DNA of 64,000 nucleotides. Source: Squalus acanthias. Lineage: Eukaryota. Each line of letters starts with the position of its first letter. Position 1 is the first letter of the stretch. The notes under the pieces were generated by a model that was given only the letters and a program-made list of their open reading frames with translations, was not told where the DNA came from and ran no database searches. Where the stretch lies: contig CM059432.1 of NCBI GenBank assembly GCA_030390025.1, positions 52,640,001 to 52,704,000 on the forward strand, read 5' to 3'. A program made the position numbers and the translations under genes. Positions 52,500-64,000 of the stretch are shown piece by piece.

Positions 52500-53812
52500 T
52501 ACATTGAGTCTGCAGCACAGAAATGGGCCTTTCGGCCCAACTGGTCTATGCCGGTGTTTATGCTCTACACGAGTCTCCTCCCACCCCTCTTCATCTAACC
52601 CTATAAGCATATCATCTATTCCTTTCTCCCTCGTGCTTATCTAGCTTCCCCTTAAATGCGTCTGTTATTTGCCTCAACTACTACTTGTGGTCTCATGTTC
52701 TACATTCATACCACTCTGGGTAAAGAAGTTTCTCCTGAATTCCCTATTGGATTTATTAGTGACTGTCTGTCTTATAGTTATGACCTCTAGTTTTCCCACA
52801 AGTGGGAACATTTTCTCTACATCTACCCTATGAAACCCTATGAAACCCTTTCATAATCTTAAAGACCTCTATCAGGTCACCCCCTCAGACTTCTCTTTTT
52901 TCTAGAGAAAAGAGCCCCAGCGTGTTCAGCCTTTCCTGATAAGTATATCCCCTCAGTTCTGGTATTATCCTTGTGAATCTTTTTTGCACCTTCACTGCGC
53001 CTATATCCTTTTTATAAGAGAGACCAGAACTGTGCGCAGTACTCCCAAGTGTGGTCTCACCAAGGTTCGATACAAGATTAACATAACTTCTCTGCTTTTC
53101 AATTATATCACTCTAGAAATGAATCCCAGTGCTTGGTTTTTGTTATGGCCTTATTAACCTGTGTCGCTACTTTTAGTGATTTGCGAATGTGTACTCCTAG
53201 GTCCCATTGCTCCTCTACCCCATTTAGACGCTTATTATCCAAGCATTACGTGGCCTCTTCATTCTTCCTGCCAGAATGCACCACCTCACATTTGTCTATA
53301 TTGAAATTAATTTGCAAATTATGTGCCATTCTGCAAGTTTATTAATGTCGTCTTGTCTTTTGTCGCATTCTTCCTTGTGTGTTAATAAAACTCTTTCCTC
53401 CACCCCCCCCCCCCCCCCACCCAAATTGGTGTCGTCAAATTTTGAAATTCTACTTCCGATTCACGTGTCCAAATCATTAATGTAAATTGTGAACAACAGT
53501 GGTCCCCGCACCGATCCTTGTGGAACACCACTTCCCACCATTTGGCAGTCTGAGTAGCTACCCTTAACCTCTACTGTTTTGTTTTGTAGCCAGCTTGCTA
53601 TCCATTCTGCTACTTGTCCTGACTCCACAAGCTCTGACCATAATCATGAGTCTACTATGCAGTACCTTTATTGAAGGTCTTTTGAAAATCCAAATATATT
53701 ACGTCATCTACATTACCCTTAGCTACTCTTTCTGTTACTTTTTCAAAGAATTCAATAAGGTTGGTCAAGCATGACCTTACCTTTTGAAATCCTTGTTGAT
53801 TACTCTAATATT
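52500..53812 (-). mobile_element. CR1 LINE fragment
   Basis: Same RT and C-terminal layout as the other minus-strand CR1 copies; degenerate. Confidence 0.88.
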
Positions 53813-53819
53813 TTTAGTT

Positions 53820-55046
53820 TCCAGACTGTCCCTCTTCGTCCTTCTTGATTGTCTGCCGCCTTTGACGTGGTTGACCACTCCATCCTCCTCCAACGCCTCC
53901 ACTGTCGTCCAGCTGCATGGGACTGCACTCTCCTGGTTCCGTTCTTATATATCTAATTGTAGCCAGAGAATCACCTGCAATGGCTTCTCTTCCCACTTCC
54001 GTATTGTTACCTCTGGTGTCCCCCCAAGGATCTATCCTTGGCCCCCTCCTATTTCTCATCTACATGCTGCCCCTTGGCGACATCATCCGAAAACACAGCG
54101 TCAGTTTCCACATGTACGCTGACGACACCCAGCTCTACCTCACCACCACTTCGCTCGACCCCTCCACTGTCTCCAAATTGTCAGACTGCTTGTCCGGCAT
54201 CCAGTACTGGATGAGCAGAAATGTTCTCCAATTAAATATTGGGAAGACCGAAGCCATTGTTTTCGGTCCACGCCACAAACTCCATTCCCTAGTCACTGAT
54301 TCCATCCCTCTCCCTAACATCTGTCTGAGGCTGAACCACACGGTTTGCAACCTTGGTGTCATATTTGACCCTGAAATGAGCTTCCGACCACATATCCGTG
54401 GCATAACTAAGACCGCATATTTCCACCTCCATAACATCGCCTGTCTCTGCCCTTGCCTCAGCTCATCCGCTGCTGAAACCCTCATCCATGCCTTTGTTAC
54501 CTCTAGACTTGACTATTCCAACGCACTCCCAGCTGGCCTCCCACATTCTATCCTGCGTAAACTTGAGGCCACCCAAATTTCGGCTGTCTGTGTCCTAACG
54601 CGCACCAAGTCCCGTTCACTCATCGCCCCTCTGCTCGCTGACCTACATTGGCTCCCGGTTAAGCAACACCTCGATTTCAAATATCTCATCCTTGTTTTCA
54701 AATCCCTCCATGACCTCATCCCTCCCTATCTCTGTAATCTCCTCCAGCTCCATAATCTCCCGAGATATCTTCGCTCCTCTAATTCTGCCCTCTTGAGCAT
54801 CCCTGATTATAATCGCTCAAGCATTGGTGGCCGTGCTTTCTGTTGCCTAGGCCCTAAGCTCTGGAATTCCCTCCCTAAACCTTTCCGCCTCTCTACCTCT
54901 CTTTCCTCCTTTAAGACATTCCTTAAAACCTACCTCTTTGACCAAGCTTTTGGTCATCTGCCCTAATTTCTCCTTATGTGGCTCGGTGTCAAATTTTTGT
55001 CTTAAAATACTCCTGTGACGTTCCTTGGGATGTTTTTCTATGCTAA
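53820..55046 (+). mobile_element. L2 LINE 3' portion with a long open RT frame (53917-54966)
   Basis: PQGSILGPLLF, YADDTQLY, SRLDYSN, LHWLPV, FKTFLKTYLF. Confidence 0.96.
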
Positions 55047-55089
55047 AGGTGCTATATAAATACTAGTTTTTTTTTTCATTATTGGCTAG

Positions 55090-55930
55090 CTTGTTCTTGT
55101 TTTTTTTTTAAAGAGGATTATATTTCTCCTGAACACACTTGATCACAGTTCTAAAGATTTCCCACTGTTCTATCTTTGTCTTTTTTTTTTTTCCCTGTTT
55201 ACTGTCCCTACTTCCATTCTCATCCCCTCAATTAGTGCTTTTTTCCCCAATCTACTAATTTTGGTCTTTTGTCTTGTGTCTTTCTCAATCATTAGTTTAA
55301 ACCTTACTATGTTCTGATCGCTATTGCCTAAATGTTCCCTTATGCTTACTTCTCTTATCTGCTCTGGTTCATATCCTATTACTAGATCCAGCTGTGATTC
55401 CTCTCTGGTTGGGCTTCTTGCGTACTGGGTAAGAAAGGAATCCTGTACACAATGTAAAAACTCCATTCCTTTTCCCCCTTACCCTACCTCTTGCCAGTTT
55501 ATTTGGGGATAGTTGAAACCTCCTGTGATTATTCTTTGATGTCTTTTACTTATTTCATAGATTTGCCTACATATTTCTTTGTTCACTTTCCTTCCATCAT
55601 TGGGTGGTCTGTAGAATAACCCTATTAACGTGAGTGATCCTTTCTTATCCTTATCTCAATCCATATGGATTCTGTTTCTATCTTAATGTTAGTTATGTCC
55701 CTTTTTGCTGCTGCCATTATGTTGTCTCTAATTAATACAGCTACCCCAACCCCCTTCTTCCTTCCTTATACTTTCTAAATAAGTTATATCCTGCAATATT
55801 TAACTGTCAGTCCTGTTCTTTATATAGCCAATTTTCAGTTATTCCTACCATATCTGGCTCCTCACTGTGAATTATTGCCTCTAGTTCCCCTCTTTTGTTT
55901 CAGATGCTGTGCACCTTGCTGTACAGGCAG
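55090..55930 (-). mobile_element. CR1 endonuclease-region fragment
   Basis: FLHCVQDSFLTQY...PTREESQLDLV...HLGNSDQNIVRF. Confidence 0.85.
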
Positions 55931-57339
55931 TTTAATTTGTTTTTATTAATTGTTCCCCTCCCTTTATTTTTTGTCATTTTATACTTCTTCTGTTCTATAA
56001 CTGTAATTGTTCCCTGACCGTTTTATGTTGCCCTTATTCCTTACCTTGGTCTGACCTTACACTCATCTACTAATTCTTTTATCTTCAGACTTGGTTTATT
56101 CCACCAGATCTCTTCCCCCCCCTCCCCGCCATACTAATTTACTGGTTAGCAGCTTGGAAACATTTTTTGTATATTATCCCACTCTGTGACATAGTGGAGC
56201 TTTTTTCCAGTAAGACATGAAAATAGTGAAGGTGCTTTTCTCTTTTTTTTTTAACAGAGAAATTGAAATGGGGCTTGAAAATTGCTAAAATGTCAGGTAT
56301 TCTGGTTTGCCCCTTTTCCTTTAAAACCTAGTACAGTAACTTGTTTATTTATAATGGTGAAATGCTTGAGTTTGCACTTGAAAGTTAAAATGCAGCAGAG
56401 TTGGCCCTAGTCACAGGATGCCCCCCATATAAACACTGCTACTGGGTCCACCTCCATGTTCCTGGTTTTTGTGCACACGCATGTTGGTTCACTCTGGAGT
56501 CACTTTACAGTACAAAGTCTCCCATTTCATCCTAGTGTGTAACTAGCAATAAGGTGCTTTTCCTTCATACTGGGATGATTTTAGAAATGAAAAATTGCTT
56601 GATTTACATTATTTCATAAAAACAACAGATTTGGGCAGATGCTATGCTCTGACTTCAAAAGCACACTGCAAAGGGTATAAGATATTCAAATCTCTTCCCC
56701 ACGATGTGGAAACTATGTCTTGAAATGTTTCCTACATCGGTAATCATAGAATTGATTTTTCTCTACACTTTTATTGTGGGAGTGATGTTAACAAATCGAT
56801 AGTCTAATTCAACTGTAAAGTGTAAAGTTAAATGCCATAAAGAAGGTGTCAACAGGATTAAAATTATTGTGAAGCGGAGGAAGTTGGCACTGTGCAATAT
56901 AGTGGTGAGACTTGGGTTTGTGCTCTGAATTCTTGGCACACAGAGTTTCCAATTTTAACCGCATCATTGAGGAGAAGCACTCGGTGATGTCTGGGTACTT
57001 TCCCAATCAGGGAGCCGGCCAGAGGAAATTGAAGGAGAATTTCACTCAGACCTTTTCAAACTGCTAGTAGGGATCAACTGAGGCTTGGGGTCAGGTTTTG
57101 TGGTTGAGAGAAAAGGGAGCGAGGAGGTAACTTGAAAAAGTGCGATTCACCTGCATCTCTTGGGGGTGGGTGGGGGGGGGTGGGGGGGGGAACGGACGAA
57201 GAAGAGAGCAGGAAGAGGTAAATCATTATTTATTGGTTACACATTCAATCCCTAACTTATTGGTAGGGAGTGTCGAAAGGGACAAAGATCATTCAAGCAT
57301 CAAAATACTTGTTGAATGGCATCTTGCATTCTTTTGCAG

Positions 57340-57433
57340 AGAAATTCTTGCAACATGTTGTTACATATCATGAGTTTGCTGAAAATCCTGGAATTATAGA
57401 TGACCCTAACCTAGTTCTACGAATTAATAACAG
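57340..57433 (+). CDS. LPIN2: Lipin-2 exon (E)[30 protein letters not shown]
   Basis: TTTTGCAG acceptor, CAG|GTATGA donor, 94 nt, phase 1/2; M-Lip. Confidence 0.96.
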
Positions 57434-59020
57434 GTATGATATCTAATAACATGACCTTGTGTTCTCCTTATTGATTTTGTGTGAAGGGAATTTGTATTTT
57501 AACTGAAACAATACTTGATTTTATAGCAACAGTTACAGATATAAGTTGCTGTCTGCTGTGTTTGATTTCTTCCCATGTAGTATACTTCTAACAAAACACC
57601 ATACGCCCTTCCACTCTTATCCAATTTTAAATCTTTAACTATGTAACATTAAATTCAAATGTTTCATTTATTGATTAGCAAGCTACAATTTCTGTTCAAC
57701 TGGGCTTTATTTTCAAATACAGCAGTTTCTGATATCTCATTGCTGCAACAGTCTTCAGTGAAAATGTACTCAATTTCGTTACCACTGCATTGACCGCATT
57801 GAAGCAATAAGTAAAAAATGCTTCCAAGTTGCTCGCTCAATAGCTGCAGTGCCAGATACTAATTGTTGGAACCCTGTACACCAAGAACATTCAGGAGCCA
57901 CCGGACAATCCCCAATTCCCCCCTCTTTCTCTTCTCTTCCCCCCCCCCCCCCCCCCCAATCCATTAAAACACAAACCTGTAGTAAAAGGGATGAAGAAAT
58001 GGGCCCATGGAATGTTTACACATTGCATTAAAAGCAAATCATTTCACAATATATTGTGTTTTAATTGAAACAGATCGAGTGGTTGTCTGCAGTTTTTCTG
58101 AGTTATGGTGAGCTTTAGCTGGGGCCCCTGGGCATGGGCCCTGGTATGTTTGTTAACCCACCCCTGACTGGCTTAGTTGGTATGTTCAATGTCCATTGTG
58201 GTACTGAGCCATAGCGTTCAGAAACATTCAAGGGTTGGACCCTGGTTTGTGCTGTTAGCTTATCTGAACTGGAGCAGGGTCATTGTAACTTGTTTCAGCA
58301 TTCCTGGGCTGTGGAGAAGCCAATCCCCCCTCTCCTGCGCCCTCACCCCTCCCAATTGCTGTGTATTGGCTTGGGAAGAGCATCTGTGTAAATGGTGAGT
58401 GAGGACAAGTTTGGGCTCCCTTGTGATGCATCCTGCAGTTGAATAGCCTGCTGACACTCACTGGGCGCACACAAATAATGGGCACCTGCTTGGCAGCTGT
58501 ATACCCACGCTTCAGGATGAATCAATGCCTCCAGGGAAAGAGAAGATAAAATTGGAAGATGGTGGGAAATTTAAAAGAGGGAGATCTGCAGCAAGGTTCA
58601 TTTATTTCCAGACTTAATTTAGACTTTAAAGCAGTGAAGATTTTATAATCTCTCTGGAGTCGAACATGAATAGTTTTATTGCTGCCCATTGTATAATGGG
58701 GATTATGCCAGCTGGAAATGGCAAGGAATGTGGAGTATTTAAGCATAGAAACAAATGGACTTAGTTTCTCTTATGCATGTGTTTATCTCTATTCTGAAAT
58801 TCTGTGGATGGCATTGATTTTAACATTGCAAGATGCAACTTGATTCTTTAGTGTAACCTTTTGATTAGTGAAAGACCCTTTCAGCTTTATCTCCAGTATT
58901 CTTGCTATAACCAAAATTGTGATGGTCTTTTCAATCCTACATGTTTCTATTTTGTTGCAGGGAACTGAGCACTGTTTTATTTTTTCTGGATTTATTTATG
59001 CAAAATATACAATTTTACAG

Positions 59021-59090
59021 ATACTTTAACTGGACGTTGGCTGCTCCCATGATTCTCAGCATGCAGGCTTTCCAGAAGTGTCTACCCAAG
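59021..59090 (+). CDS. LPIN2: Lipin-2 exon (R)YFNWTLAAPMILSMQAFQKCLPK
   Basis: TTTTACAG acceptor, AAG|GTAAAA donor, 70 nt, phase 2/0; M-Lip. Confidence 0.96.
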
Positions 59091-59439
59091 GTAAAAAAAA
59101 AAAAAGAAATCTGACTTGCAACAGCACTTGCCTTTTTAAGATTGCTTAATTAATGTGCCATTTGTTAAAAATGTAAAGAATCTACTTATAATAATTGGCA
59201 GTGCAATGTTTGAATCGTCACTTATCTATTATGAACAAAAGATGTACCTTTTTTAAAATCCATTATATTGGGTGCACCACTGTAAAATCTCTTCCCCCAA
59301 GGTTTGCAGGAGTCACAAACAGGCTATCATACTGAATAGTTTTTCAATCCATTTGGAACTCTGCACTCGGGAGACAGTTCTTTTTGTGGATACTAAGTGA
59401 CCATAAAAAGCCAGGTTGTTGGCTGGCGAAGATAGCTAA

Positions 59440-59970
59440 ATTCATAGAAAGTTACAGCACAGAAAGAAGCCACTTGGCCCATCGTACCTGCACTGGCCCA
59501 CAGAACTGTCCACTTAGTCCTATTTCCCTGCCTTTTCTCCATACCATTTTTTCCCACTTCCCTTTTAACATATATTATGGATTCTGCTTCCAGCACACTT
59601 TCTGGTAGGGTATTCCATGTCCTAACAACCCACCATGCTTTTAAAACAAATCAATTTGGTGATCCTAAATTTATGCCCTTTGATTATCAGCTCACCAACC
59701 AGTGAAAATAGTTTATCCCAATTTACATTATCGAAATCCTCCATCAGGTTTCCTCTTCACCTTCTAGTGAAGAGAACCCCAGTTTTCGAGTCTCCCCTCA
59801 CATCACTGGTATCAAGCTAGTGACTCTCTTCTACAGCTTCTCCGTGGTCTTGGCATCCTTCCTAAAAATAGTGCCCAAAACTGGACCTAATATTCTTTGT
59901 GACCTAACTAATGATTTTTATAGGTTTAGCATAACCCTTTTGCCCCTATTTATAAAACCTCTATGGTTTT
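59440..59970 (-). mobile_element. Old CR1 3' fragment
   Basis: Degenerate match to the CR1 3' ends at 18906 and 46918. Confidence 0.7.
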
Positions 59971-60190
59971 ATGTGTGGGATTATACACCATACAATAATA
60001 GCAGGCTAAATTATCGAATATAAATCACTTCAGCTGTAAATAAGCTCTAGATGTGAGGAAACTGGAAAAAATTGTCATAATTGAGCAAAGATATGAATGG
60101 GTAACTTTGTTTTTGTTTAACTGTATTGCAAATGTTGTAGTTCTTTATATATTTTTTTAAAAAGCGCACACTCAAATTCTGTACCTGTAG

Positions 60191-60280
60191 GCAGCAATTG
60201 ATGACTGGGTAAAAGTGAAGATGCCAAAGAAGTCTGGCAGGTGGTGGTTCTGGCCCAAGAGGGACAGTGCTGTCAAACAG
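60191..60280 (+). CDS. LPIN2: Lipin-2 exon [30 protein letters not shown]
   Basis: TGTAG acceptor, CAG|GTATTA donor, 90 nt, phase 0/0; [11 protein letters not shown] motif. Confidence 0.96.
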
Positions 60281-61792
60281 GTATTATTATTATTGCCAAT
60301 TTGTTCTGTTAAGGATGGAATGGTGTAAATTGGAGAGTCTATAATTGCTTCAGGCGTTTTTCAATTGCTTCTATTATGATTGCACAGTGTGTCTGATTGC
60401 TCAGTTAAGAAACTTGAAACCATCTCTTTTTCAGCATTTATCTGAGTACTAGATCCAAAGTGGCAAATTATTATTCACCCTCATTTCCAAACTTTAACAT
60501 TTACCCATTGAGTGTTTTTTCAAAGTAATCTTAAACATTTGATACACAAATTTGCAATAAAAAAATCTTTTATCTATTACTTGTAATGAGTATTTTCTTA
60601 AGGATTATTCTTGGACTTTGGTAGCGATATTTAGGGTAGTTATTCATGTCAGGCCGTGAGCTAGAAGACACCTGTTATTTCTGCTGTGATTCCACAAGAT
60701 GAATAACTTTTACGATTGGTAAAAGGCATTTGGTAATGATCATGTTGTGTAACTACATTTTAGAAAGTAATAAGCTGAGAATGGCAATTGGGGTGATTGC
60801 AAAATCTTGCTGGACACACTGGGAGGTTGGGAGTTCTCTGCACCAGAGCATGTTGGAAAATTTGGGCAGTAAAGCCTACTGCCACTTCACTGCCCAATCA
60901 GGATTTCACTCCTCCTGCCCTGCCGGGGCTGCTGCTGCTTGCTTCTTCCACACCTGTGACATGTGGTAGGGAGTTAGAGCTTGGGGGTGCCTGGTGAATT
61001 TCCCTGCTGTCCGCCACCCTTGCCACCATTTCTTGGAGCTGCCACGTGGAAGATAGCAGTAAATCCCCAGGAAGCGGCGGTAAATACCCAAATGGAGGGA
61101 GAGCAGCCTTCTCTCCTGCCCGATGGTCCCAGAGACTTGCCTGCTGAATGCCTCATTCCAATCTTCAGGACGCGTCTGCCCCTTTAATTCCCTTGTCTGT
61201 GTCCCCCACTGCAGCACCGTCAGAGTTTCCTTTGTGGCACTAGCAGCCTCTTTTGATGGTGGGAATCCCGCCAGGAGACTGCCGTGCATCTCTGAATCCC
61301 GATGCACGAAATGGGTCAGGGCTGGTGTGGGCACAGAGGGGTGGGCAGAGGTATGTTCCAAAGAGGAAAATCCAGGTCATGATGTATTTTCTAATTCATC
61401 TTGGGAGTTTGAAATTGAGCACTATTTTGTAAATTAACTTTCCAGATGTATGATATTTATGTAAGTGGGGTAGGGAGAGGAGGAGAAAACCAATCTTATC
61501 TTGTGATGTATTGAATGGTAAAACATAATGCCAGAAATTACTATTTTAAAACCTACTTTGTTTTTTGTATATATTTATGATATAGAATGTGACAGATATT
61601 CTGGAGTTTTGAGTGGTTTACCCTTTGAGCTAGAGGGAATGAGGACATTTCTGCAAAATCTCTCGAGTAGACTAAAAGGTTGACTGGATCACAACTTTGA
61701 AAGAAATGAGATTGAAGGCTTGAACAGACTTTTCCCGTTCTATAGTTTCTTGTGATCATCTCTCTAATAACTGTTTCTATGTGCATTGGCAG

Positions 61793-61863
61793 CCTGAAAC
61801 AAAACAAGAGAACTTGAATGAAAGCAACAAACCTGATCAAAACCGAAACTCTGTCACCAGCAG
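61793..61863 (+). CDS. LPIN2: Lipin-2 linker exon PETKQENLNESNKPDQNRNSVTS
   Basis: GGCAG acceptor, CAG|GTAAAT donor, 71 nt, phase 0/2; bridges the phases of the neighbouring exons exactly. Sequence is poorly conserved. Confidence 0.8.
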
Positions 61864-62467
61864 GTAAATCTTGACACTTTACTACAACTCCTAATAACAA
61901 TTATTTTCATTGGACTGCATTGAAGAGTCTTTAAAATTCAAGCATCCTTGGTTTTAGCTGAAATTAAATTTTTCCTCATCAGAAGCTATATGGGAGCAAA
62001 CTCTCTTCCCATATCCCTTGAACAGCATTGATTTTATGACCATAGGCTGGAGTAACCCTCGCTCACACCAAGAAGGAGCACAAGTGTTGAGGATGTGAGG
62101 AAGGGGGATGCTAACTTGGGGGAATGGGGTTGGTAGTTTCCCCTCCCATTTTATCTCTGCTTTTGTCTCCATCCACACGTGCATTCCAGTAAGAAAGCTT
62201 TCAGGATCTGTACCTGATTTAAATTTTTCTCCCCTCCCTAGTCCAGAGACACTGAACTGTCCCACTACCACCCCAGCTGAAATTAGTTAACTTGGGAATC
62301 TTTTCGGTCTGGCTCAGTACTACATCTAGCCACCGAGCCACCAGAATTAAAGCAAACTACATTTAGTAAGTGATAAAAGCAATTAAATAGCACATGCAGC
62401 CATGTGGTTACTAATTGCTATGCCAAGTAACACAGTTGCAGAAACATAAATGCAGCTGGGCAAGAAT

Positions 62468-63140
62468 GGCCTGGATTTTGTGGTGAAAATAACAGTGAGG
62501 CTATCAGTGCTCACTGTTATTGGAGTAAATCGAACAGCAACTTCCGGCGACCGCACATGGGTAGTTAAATGTGGGAATCAGGAAGTTGCTGTCTGAGTTG
62601 CCCTGCTCCTCCAAAAGCTTCACTATAACAGCATCTCATCTAGATAGACATAGAATGGTGTGAAGTTGGGGTACTTGCGTGACATACTAATCACACCAGA
62701 AGTAGTTTGGGCTTGTCCATTTTAAGTCTTAATTACTGCCAAACAACACCTCTGGCACTGAAAATTCGCTTTTACAAGTGTGGAGTCTCATTCCTTCAGA
62801 TTTTAATTATTCAAAATTTTCTCATATACACACTTTTTCTGTCTTTTATCTCTTTCTCTCTCTTTCTTCCCCTCTTTATTTCACTTCTGTACATGATTTG
62901 GCATTGAATTAACTATTCTAATTGGCACTTCCTGGTTCAGACTCCGCGTGTCTCAGTAAGGATTCTTCAATCTGATTTGTTAAGGAGACACAGTTGCTTG
63001 CTTTGTTCACTCAGGTCCCAGATCCCCTGTAGAGGGCACCACACTGTTTTAGATTTCTAATAACCAAGTTCCTGTACAAAAGCCCATAGAGTGTCTGTGG
63101 GCAAGTGTAATGAATAGCTAGAACCGTTTGTTCACTGTCA
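62468..63140. mobile_element. Harbinger-type MITE related to 12317-13036; right TIR missing
   Basis: Shared blocks such as TAATTACTGCCAA..CCTCTGGCACTGAAAATT, CACTTCCTGGTTCAGACTC and CAGGTCCCAGATCCCCTGTAG. Confidence 0.8.
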
Positions 63141-63410
63141 GTTATATTAGATTGTATTGATCTGATTTTTTTAAAGAATTTTGTTTAAATGTGTAGTTGT
63201 ACATATTGGATTGAAAAATGATTTCTTTTTGGTCTACATCAGTAAATATGTAATAATGAGATCTGCGAGTCCACCTAGGTGTCAACTGTGGAACTATTCC
63301 TAATGTGGATTAGAATATGGAATACTTTTTATGGAGATCAGTACATGCTCGCTCTTTGCCACCATTTCTGAGAAGGTATTTTTTTTTCCTTTTATCAACA
63401 TTTTGATTAG

Positions 63411-63555
63411 ATCCAAAGAAGAGGACTCTTCTAGTGATGAAGACTCAACTAACCTAAATGAACCAACAGCAAGTGATCCAAAACTCTCCGAGAACCTTAA
63501 TCAGGGATATTCCATCATCTACAAGAAGTCTCTGAGATTATCCTCGGAGCAAATT
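63411..63555 (+). CDS. LPIN2: Lipin-2 exon (R)SKEEDSSSDEDSTNLNEPTASDPKLSENLNQGYSIIYKKSLRLSSEQI; gene continues beyond the window
   Basis: TTAG acceptor, ATT|GTAAGC donor, 145 nt, phase 2/0; DSSSDE and YKKSLRLSSEQI precede the C-Lip catalytic domain. Confidence 0.96.
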
Positions 63556-64000
63556 GTAAGCATTTTTTTCCAGAATATGAATTTTCTGTTTTAGTCATTA
63601 TAAATGTACATGGGTGCACGATTACTGTATAATACATTACATTGGTGTTGGAAAATCACAATTATGTTGATCTTTTCCTTTTTGTTAACTGTATGCGGAA
63701 AACCTGACTTCAGAAGGGATTGATTAATTGACTAATTTTGTTCTGAGACATTTCTGCTCTTGTATTGTACTGAGTTGCTGTAATAATTGCTAAAATATGC
63801 TAAAAATTACTGAAATGCACTTTTGTTAATATATGTTTACTTCCTGCAACATAGAACCTATAATCCATGTAAGTATGTAATCTATCAGATTAAATATTCA
63901 GCTTTGTAATAGACCAATAACTGAGCATACAAAGAAGAGAGTTTACTTTCCTGACGCCTTCCTACCAAAGCTCATGTAGTTATGGAGTTGCAAGAGCTCC

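Noticed and set aside
53917..54966. Longest ORF (349 aa) as a host gene
   Set aside because: It is the RT/C-terminus of a 5'-truncated L2 element inside an intron, with a frameshifted start.
60790..61440. GC-rich overlapping ORFs of 100-151 aa
   Set aside because: No recognisable motif; ORFs on both strands are expected in GC-rich repeat-derived DNA.
61746..61792. Alternative acceptor CTATAG 47 nt upstream of the linker exon
   Set aside because: Shifts the frame to a premature stop; the 61793 site fits the exon phases.

Overview
Vertebrate genomic DNA; the repeat repertoire (CR1, L2, RTE, Penelope-like pieces, tRNA-SINEs, Harbinger/hAT MITEs) suggests a cartilaginous fish, which is an inference. 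The window holds the 5' two-thirds of a + strand lipin gene, best matching LPIN2. I traced 13 GT-AG coding exons from ATG 23739 to 63555 with consistent phases (1935 nt, 645 codons). They cover N-Lip, the polybasic NLS, M-Lip with WWFW and the start of C-Lip; the catalytic DxDxT lies beyond the window. A candidate upstream coding exon (1834-1920) splices in frame. The most striking non-coding structure is a 247-bp insertion at 14675-14921 flanked by an 11-bp target-site duplication. It forms a perfect 103-bp inverted repeat carrying a minimal hammerhead-ribozyme motif on each strand. A sister hammerhead copy at 11198-11235 shows compensatory base-pair changes in two stems. Other leads: a 4-codon deletion in the conserved lipin N-terminal helix, a possible in-frame hydrophobic extension of an M-Lip exon, and a 189-nt stop-free exon flanked by inverted CR1 copies. 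Repeat boundaries are approximate and family names come from recognition, not database searches.
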